Assembly (NCBI RefSeq): GCF_001194135.2
Contig: NC_069000.1
Span: 24,272,006-24,307,461 of the forward strand
Origin: Octopus bimaculoides
Taxonomy: Eukaryota
Length of the DNA stretch: 35,456 nucleotides
Direction of reading: 5' to 3'
The notes under the pieces were generated by a model. That model saw nothing but the letters and a program-made list of their open reading frames with translations. It was not told where the DNA came from and searched no databases. A program made the position numbers and the translations under genes. This document shows, piece by piece, positions 34,932 through 35,456 of the stretch (its first letter is position 1; the number at the start of each line of letters is the position of its first letter).

Positions 34932-35320
34932 GGACTAGTTTATTCGCTCTTTCATTTTAATCAAAGTCTTATGACCCGAAATAAATCCTGAATCCATTCA
35001 AGCCCAATGCGTCTGCTTGACGACAATGGTCACCAATTATCAAAGAATTCATTACCAGCAAGGAATCTACAAATGAGCCGCTCAGACACTGACACACTTT
35101 ATAGTGTCTTATTTTAATTTATTGTATGCTTTACCCTTCTTTATTCTTTGTATTGTACTTTTTTTTTCTCAATTACTTCCTGTTTGTATCCCCAGTCTAG
35201 CAACTTAATCTATTCCTTGCCATTCCATATCCCTCCACAGTGTGTTTTAGATACGACTACCATCAACATACTCTAGTTAAGCTTAAGAGCGAAGCGTCGT
35301 CTGTGTAAGGAGAAACCAAG

Positions 35321-35434
35321 TTATATCACCTGAAGAAGAGATGCTTCTGCACCGCGAGGTGCATTGAAATTCAAAGTATAGTTTCCCACCCACGAGAAAA
35401 CAGTAAAGGATATGTCGAAACGACTGTTGATATT
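35321..35434 (+). ncRNA. Hammerhead-like motif with expanded stem II, at a probable PLE 3' end
   Basis: TATCAC-CTGAAGA(35330-35336)-A-GAGATG...ATATGTC-GAAA(35417-35420)-CGAC...TTGATA. The insert contains TGCACC-GCGA-GGTGCA. Confidence 0.5.
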
Positions 35435-35456
35435 AATAAGATTTCCAGTATATTCT

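Overview
AT-rich, repeat-dense metazoan DNA with 14 N-gaps, most opening at (TA)n tracts. The SINE families, microsatellite spectrum and TTAGGG repeats suggest an octopus genome (inference from recalled repeat families, not a database search). One host gene is visible on the minus strand: an EGF-like exon (13471-13572) and a von Willebrand type D exon (5450-5694) with matching splice phases, plus weaker candidate 5' exons. The rest is intron/intergenic DNA filled with tRNA-derived SINEs, Penelope-like retroelement (PLE) remnants, R4/Dong-like and RTE-like LINE fragments, Tc1/mariner relics, MITEs and a Chapaev3-like fragment. The main discovery is a set of about nine type I hammerhead-ribozyme (HHR)-like motifs. 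One has a fully intact core (4222-4288). Two sit in tRNA-headed SINEs fused head-to-head into a ~635-bp palindrome and carry complementary defects. Also notable: a 62-nt pre-miRNA-like hairpin and a 52-bp telomeric-repeat palindrome.
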